A DNA stretch of 64,000 nucleotides from an uncultured Flavobacteriales bacterium (GTDB lineage Bacteria > Bacteroidota > Bacteroidia > AKYH767-A > 2013-40CM-41-45), in contig CAZJDX010000004.1 of assembly GCA_964544885.1 (NCBI GenBank), forward strand, positions 100,293 to 164,292, in the 5' to 3' direction. Both the position numbers and the translations under genes were made by a program. Position 1 is the stretch's first letter. The number at the start of each line of letters is the position of its first letter. Shown here in pieces: positions 60,115 through 64,000 of the stretch. Under the pieces are notes generated by a model that was given only the letters and a program-made list of their open reading frames with translations, searched no databases and was not told where the DNA came from.

Positions 60115-63100
60115 TCAGGATAGATTTTTTAAAGGAATTTCAAGTTCCAGAACAGTGCCATTCATGCCGGAATCAAGTTTTATTTTTGCTCCAATTACAT
60201 CACTCCGCTTTTTAACATTGTTCAGACCATTGCCCGACTTATTCCAATCCGCCTGAAATCCTTTTCCATTGTCTTCAAGCTTAATGGTGATATGATTGTT
60301 TTCTCTGAACAGGTTTAGTTTTACCCGGTCGCTTTCGGAATGCCTGAAACTGTTATGCATCGCCTCCTTAAAGATAAGGAGTACATGCCTCTTTTGAGAA
60401 AGGGGTATACTGATACCGTTGAATTCACCGTTGAGTTCTTCCGCCTGGAAACTGACTCCGGTCTGATCGAAAAGCGACTCGCCGAATTCTTTCATCTGCC
60501 TGTACAGGTCTTTCACCGAATCTTTTCCGGGATCCATGGCCCAAACCATATCTCGCATGGTATGATAAAGGCTGCCGGCTGTGTCAATGATCTTTTCCAG
60601 GTGTTCACGCAGCTCCTTTTGCTCAGGACCAATCTTTTTCTTCAGAATTTCTCCGAACCATGAAATGGTTGTCAGTTTGTGTCCCAGTTCATCATGAAAA
60701 TCGGCAGCTGTTTCCTTGCGGATTGCTTCGATTTCTTCAACCTGTTTCAGCCGTAACTTAAGCAGATAAGCATGAAGTAACCAGGCGACGAGACCAATAA
60801 AAAGCGCAAGGAAAAGATAAAACCAGGCGGTTTTCCAGAATGGAGGCTGGATGATGATGGCCAGACGGTCTGCCTGTTCATTGAACACTCCATCCTGGTT
60901 GGAACCTTTCACTTCGAATATATATTCACCGGGAGGCAGCTGGGAATAGTTTATCTGATTGCCCGTACTGCTCTCGTTCCATTCTTTGTCAAATCCCTCA
61001 AGTCTGTATTGAAATTTGTTCTTGACCGGATTGGTATACTGCAAGGCAATGAACCTGATCGAAAAATTATTCTGATCATGTTTCAGGCTGATCTTCTTTT
61101 CATCCGCAAAGGAAAGCAGATTCTTTTGTTCGCCCGGCATTGAAAAGGAGGTGATATATACCCTGGGAACAACGCTGTCAATTCTGATCTCAGCCGGATA
61201 GAATGAAGTATAACCGGCAATGCCACCAAAAAGAAATTCATTATCGGCTGCCCTGAAGAAAGCGCCACCGTTGAACTCATTGCTTTGCAGCCCGTCATGA
61301 ATATCAAAATTCCGGAAGCTCAGATTTTCCGGATCGAAATTGGTCAGACCACCGTTCGTACTCATCCAAAGCGTGCCATCATCAGGATTTTCAAGTACAC
61401 CATAAACGGCATTATTTTTTAGTCCGTCCCTGGTGGAGAAATTTCTGAAAGTTGTTTTCTGATCCTTGTAGTTTGCGCGGATAAAACCATTGGGAGTGCA
61501 AATCCAGATATTTCCTTTCTTGTCTTCCAGCAGATCGTTGACCGTATGCGAACGAAGGCTGTTGGTATCTAGCGGATCATGTTTATAAATAAGGGGCCTG
61601 GAAAAATCATAAGTGCTGTCAACGGGATTGTTGGGAAACATAAATAAGCCCATGCTGCTTCCCAGCCAGATATTCTGATCCCTGTCAATAATGCTGCACA
61701 TGTAATTGAACCCAAAAGGTAGCCTGCGGCCTTCGCTGAAAGCGTTTACAATTTCTCTTGACTTCTGTGACTTCAGCGAAAAATGATACAATCGGCCGGG
61801 AAGCACGATCAGCATATCTCCGTTTTTATCATAGCTGATATCCCTTACGGATACATCAGGGAAATCAGGATTTACCGTAATCCTTTCAAATTGAGGAGTA
61901 CCGGAATTTCTGTCGTTTACTTTATAGAGTCCTTTCTGGGTCCCGGCCCATAACTGATTGTTGCGGTCGAGTGAAAGGTGCATGATATAATTGCTTGCCA
62001 GTTCATTTTTCTTTCCCTCGCAGCAACGGTACAAGTCGTAGTCGTCTTTCGTTTTATCAAAACGTATCAGTCCTTCTGTTGTTCCGATCCAGTAATTATT
62101 CTCCTTGTCTTTCAGTATGCTGAAGACAAATGCCGATGACATGACATTGTCAAGGTGGTTGGTATAAAAATTTTTATTTTTTACAGACACCAGTTTTATA
62201 AGTCCCTGCGCATGTGAGCCCACCCATATGATCCCTTTGCTGATATTGTCTTCCCGCACACACATCACGCCGCCGGTTTCCTCATTTTTTTTCCCGGTAC
62301 TGAATAACTCCGGTGTTGGCGCTGCCTTGAATACGTTCTTTACTTTATTTGCGCTGATGGTATATAATCCCTGCCCGCCGGCGATCCAGAGCGTACCGTC
62401 TGAACTGAAAGTGAAATCATAAAACTCTTTCATCCCGTCAGCGGGACCTTTTTCAGGAACAGGAATTTTAACAATGCTGTTATCCTTGCCGTTGATTACA
62501 CATATTCCCTTGTAAGTACCAACCCAGTAATTTCCATAAGGATCATGCTGAAAAGCCAGGACCTGATCAGTATAGAGTCCATGTTCGCGGGTGAAAATGT
62601 TACCGCCTTCCGGAAGGAATTTATCATTCCCCCTGAAAGACAGCTTCAGTAATCCTCTGGAAGTTCCAATCCATAGATCTCCTTCTTTGCTTTCATATAT
62701 CGTTGTGATGGCAAGAAGGGTGGCGGTGCTGGTATCGCGGAATACAGTCTCAAATTCAATGAGGGGGTCTGAATTGCCGGATTCAGTTACAATAATCCGT
62801 TGTAATCCGTTTCCGGTTCCAAGCCAGATCGTGCCACCTGGCCCTTCATAGATTACATGGATTGTATTGTTGAGAATGCCTGACTTGTTTTTGGGATCAT
62901 GTTTGAAAGTCCTGAAATTATCATGGTCAGGCCGGTACAAATTCAATCCGTAATTGTCGGTACCAATCCAGAACCTGCCCCTGGAATCGTGCAGTGTTGA
63001 TCTGACATTCCCCGAAGAGAGTGAAGTGGTATCAAAAGGTTTATGATAATATGTCTGGAAACCAAGTCCGTCGTACCTGTTCAATCCGTCCTGCGTCCCT

Positions 63101-63309
63101 GCCCAGATAAAGCCCTGCGGATCCTGAGAAAGCGACTGGACCATGCTTTGGGAAAGCCCTTCCGCCAGGGAGATTTTCACCATCTTATAGGGCTGCGAAA
63201 AGGCGAAGCCAAAGAAAAAGACGGCCAAAACAGAAAGGAAACAAGGCAAATTTTGTCTTCCTGCCTTAGTCTTTGCTGACGAAGTTCGCCATTTCCTGCA
63301 GGATCTCAT
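60115..63309 (-). CDS. Hybrid-architecture sensor histidine kinase with a periplasmic two-component-regulator beta-propeller (Reg_prop repeats) and a Y_Y_Y domain, one TM, HisKA_3 and HATPase_c. Cognate kinase of the NarL-type regulator.
   Basis: Signal/TM segment, multiple GLNRYDG / GLxxx propeller repeats, Y_Y_Y-like region, TM (WFYLFLALFIGLVAWLL), H-box (DFHDELGHKLT) and ATPase motifs (…LEDNGKGF…GNGLNN…). Confidence 0.9.
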   Translation of the reverse strand: MRSCRKWRTSSAKTKAGRQNLPCFLSVLAVFFFGFAFSQPYKMVKISLAEGLSQSMVQSLSQDPQGFIWAGTQDGLNRYDGLGFQTYYHKPFDTTSLSSGNVRSTLHDSRGRFWIGTDNYGLNLYRPDHDNFRTFKHDPKNKSGILNNTIHVIYEGPGGTIWLGTGNGLQRIIVTESGNSDPLIEFETVFRDTSTATLLAITTIYESKEGDLWIGTSRGLLKLSFRGNDKFLPEGGNIFTREHGLYTDQVLAFQHDPYGNYWVGTYKGICVINGKDNSIVKIPVPEKGPADGMKEFYDFTFSSDGTLWIAGGQGLYTISANKVKNVFKAAPTPELFSTGKKNEETGGVMCVREDNISKGIIWVGSHAQGLIKLVSVKNKNFYTNHLDNVMSSAFVFSILKDKENNYWIGTTEGLIRFDKTKDDYDLYRCCEGKKNELASNYIMHLSLDRNNQLWAGTQKGLYKVNDRNSGTPQFERITVNPDFPDVSVRDISYDKNGDMLIVLPGRLYHFSLKSQKSREIVNAFSEGRRLPFGFNYMCSIIDRDQNIWLGSSMGLFMFPNNPVDSTYDFSRPLIYKHDPLDTNSLRSHTVNDLLEDKKGNIWICTPNGFIRANYKDQKTTFRNFSTRDGLKNNAVYGVLENPDDGTLWMSTNGGLTNFDPENLSFRNFDIHDGLQSNEFNGGAFFRAADNEFLFGGIAGYTSFYPAEIRIDSVVPRVYITSFSMPGEQKNLLSFADEKKISLKHDQNNFSIRFIALQYTNPVKNKFQYRLEGFDKEWNESSTGNQINYSQLPPGEYIFEVKGSNQDGVFNEQADRLAIIIQPPFWKTAWFYLFLALFIGLVAWLLHAYLLKLRLKQVEEIEAIRKETAADFHDELGHKLTTISWFGEILKKKIGPEQKELREHLEKIIDTAGSLYHTMRDMVWAMDPGKDSVKDLYRQMKEFGESLFDQTGVSFQAEELNGEFNGISIPLSQKRHVLLIFKEAMHNSFRHSESDRVKLNLFRENNHITIKLEDNGKGFQADWNKSGNGLNNVKKRSDVIGAKIKLDSGMNGTVLELEIPLKNLS

Positions 63310-63649
63310 GTTTCAATACTTTTAGCAAATTTAAGATAATCCTTCCTCTGAAATCAGGTTTTATTGGCTTTGCTTCAGGCTGGATTCCTACATAATCATG
63401 TAGGAGGGACGGCAGCCCTGTTTGATTTGTACACCTGGGTCTGCAATTCCTGATTTTCAAAGAATCTAAACGAAACCCGGAACGGAAATTTCAAAGGGTA
63501 TTACAGACTCAGGCCTGATAAAACTGTTTAAAACAAAGGCCCGCCGGGTCATTTGACCCAAAGCGGTTAAAATCGCAAGGTTTTTCGAGGTTTTTATGAT
63601 GGATATTTCTAAAAAAATTGCGAAATTGCATACTCAAATCAATACCAAC

Positions 63650-64000
63650 ATGAAAAAGACTTATATCTCAGTATTGGCAGCACTGCTCATTATGTTTGTT
63701 TGCCACGGCCCTGCTGTTGCCCAAGGCCAGACATCAGCAGGCACAGAAGCTGCTACCTGGACAGAAATGGAATCATTCAAGGCACTGTTGAACGAAACCT
63801 TCGCTGCAGCACAGGATGGTAATTTTGTTCCTGTCAAGAAAGGCGCGGAAGACCTGACAAGACTTTCCATCCTTATGGCAAAATCAGAACTGCCAGAGGC
63901 GAATGATAATACCGAGTTCCGGACACTCATTGGTAATTTCACTGATCAGTGCGAACAATTTCAGGGGCTTGTACTCACAAGTAAATCTGAGCCGGAGATC
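63650..64000 (+). CDS. 5' fragment of a secreted or periplasmic protein, cut by the right window edge. Absent from the ORF track; the listed antisense ORF 63661..63942 is probably spurious.
   Basis: An ATG at about 63650 opens a frame with no stop to the end of the window: MKKTYISVLAALLIMFVCHGPAVAQGQTSAGTEAATWTEMESFKALLNETFAAAQDGNFVPVKKGAEDLTRLSILMAKSELPEANDN…. It has a canonical Sec signal peptide with an AVAQ cleavage region and is divergent from the kinase operon. Confidence 0.5.
   Translation, partial: MKKTYISVLAALLIMFVCHGPAVAQGQTSAGTEAATWTEMESFKALLNETFAAAQDGNFVPVKKGAEDLTRLSILMAKSELPEANDNTEFRTLIGNFTDQCEQFQGLVLTSKSEPEI

Noticed and set aside
63661-63942. 93-aa minus-strand ORF at the right edge
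   Set aside because: It is the antisense shadow of a + strand frame that starts with a textbook signal peptide and stays open to the window end.

Overview
This 64-kb window looks like a Bacteroidota chromosomal segment. At least five proteins end in a type-A T9SS C-terminal sorting domain (CTD), predicted outer-membrane proteins end in Phe, and several two-component systems are of the LytTR, NarL and Y_Y_Y types. No rRNA, tRNA, CRISPR array, transposase or integrase was seen by eye.

The first ~46 kb is mostly housekeeping. It holds an lnt N-terminal fragment cut by the window edge, an SDR oxidoreductase, an APC amino-acid permease, purL, a BNR/Asp-box sortilin-like protein, a TlpA-like redoxin, hppD, yidC, pyrG, a PAP2 phosphatase, a TonB-dependent receptor, an EVE-domain protein, holA, a short AMP-nucleosidase/PNP-family enzyme, an HsdR_N/PD-(D/E)xK protein, a T9SS subtilase, an M3 oligoendopeptidase, an 1131-aa hybrid histidine kinase with its own Hpt domain, murB, a small outer-membrane beta-barrel, gmhA and comM. 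A 2194-aa T9SS protein built from at least seven tandem Cys-rich PPC-like repeats sits in this region.

From about 43.7 to 63.3 kb is an accessory, secretome-like island bracketed by two two-component systems: a LytTR response regulator with a TPR-LytS kinase on one side, and a Y_Y_Y kinase with a NarL response regulator on the other. Between them are a 67-aa standalone LuxR helix-turn-helix protein, a ~510-bp non-coding gap, two tandem paralogous lipoproteins, a secreted FG-GAP-like protein with an internal duplication, a secreted beta-helix protein, a 3x-repeat T9SS protein, a 1511-aa CotH-kinase protein with three lamin-tail domains, a beta-helix and a T9SS CTD, and an SBBP-propeller T9SS protein. 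This island is the best candidate for something uncharacterised, but nothing in the sequence proves a defined system.

Other points worth a second look are a strong + strand intrinsic terminator at ~40589-40618 with no coding gene upstream of it (a possible sRNA), several long perfect palindromes, and two edge-truncated genes that the ORF track omits.
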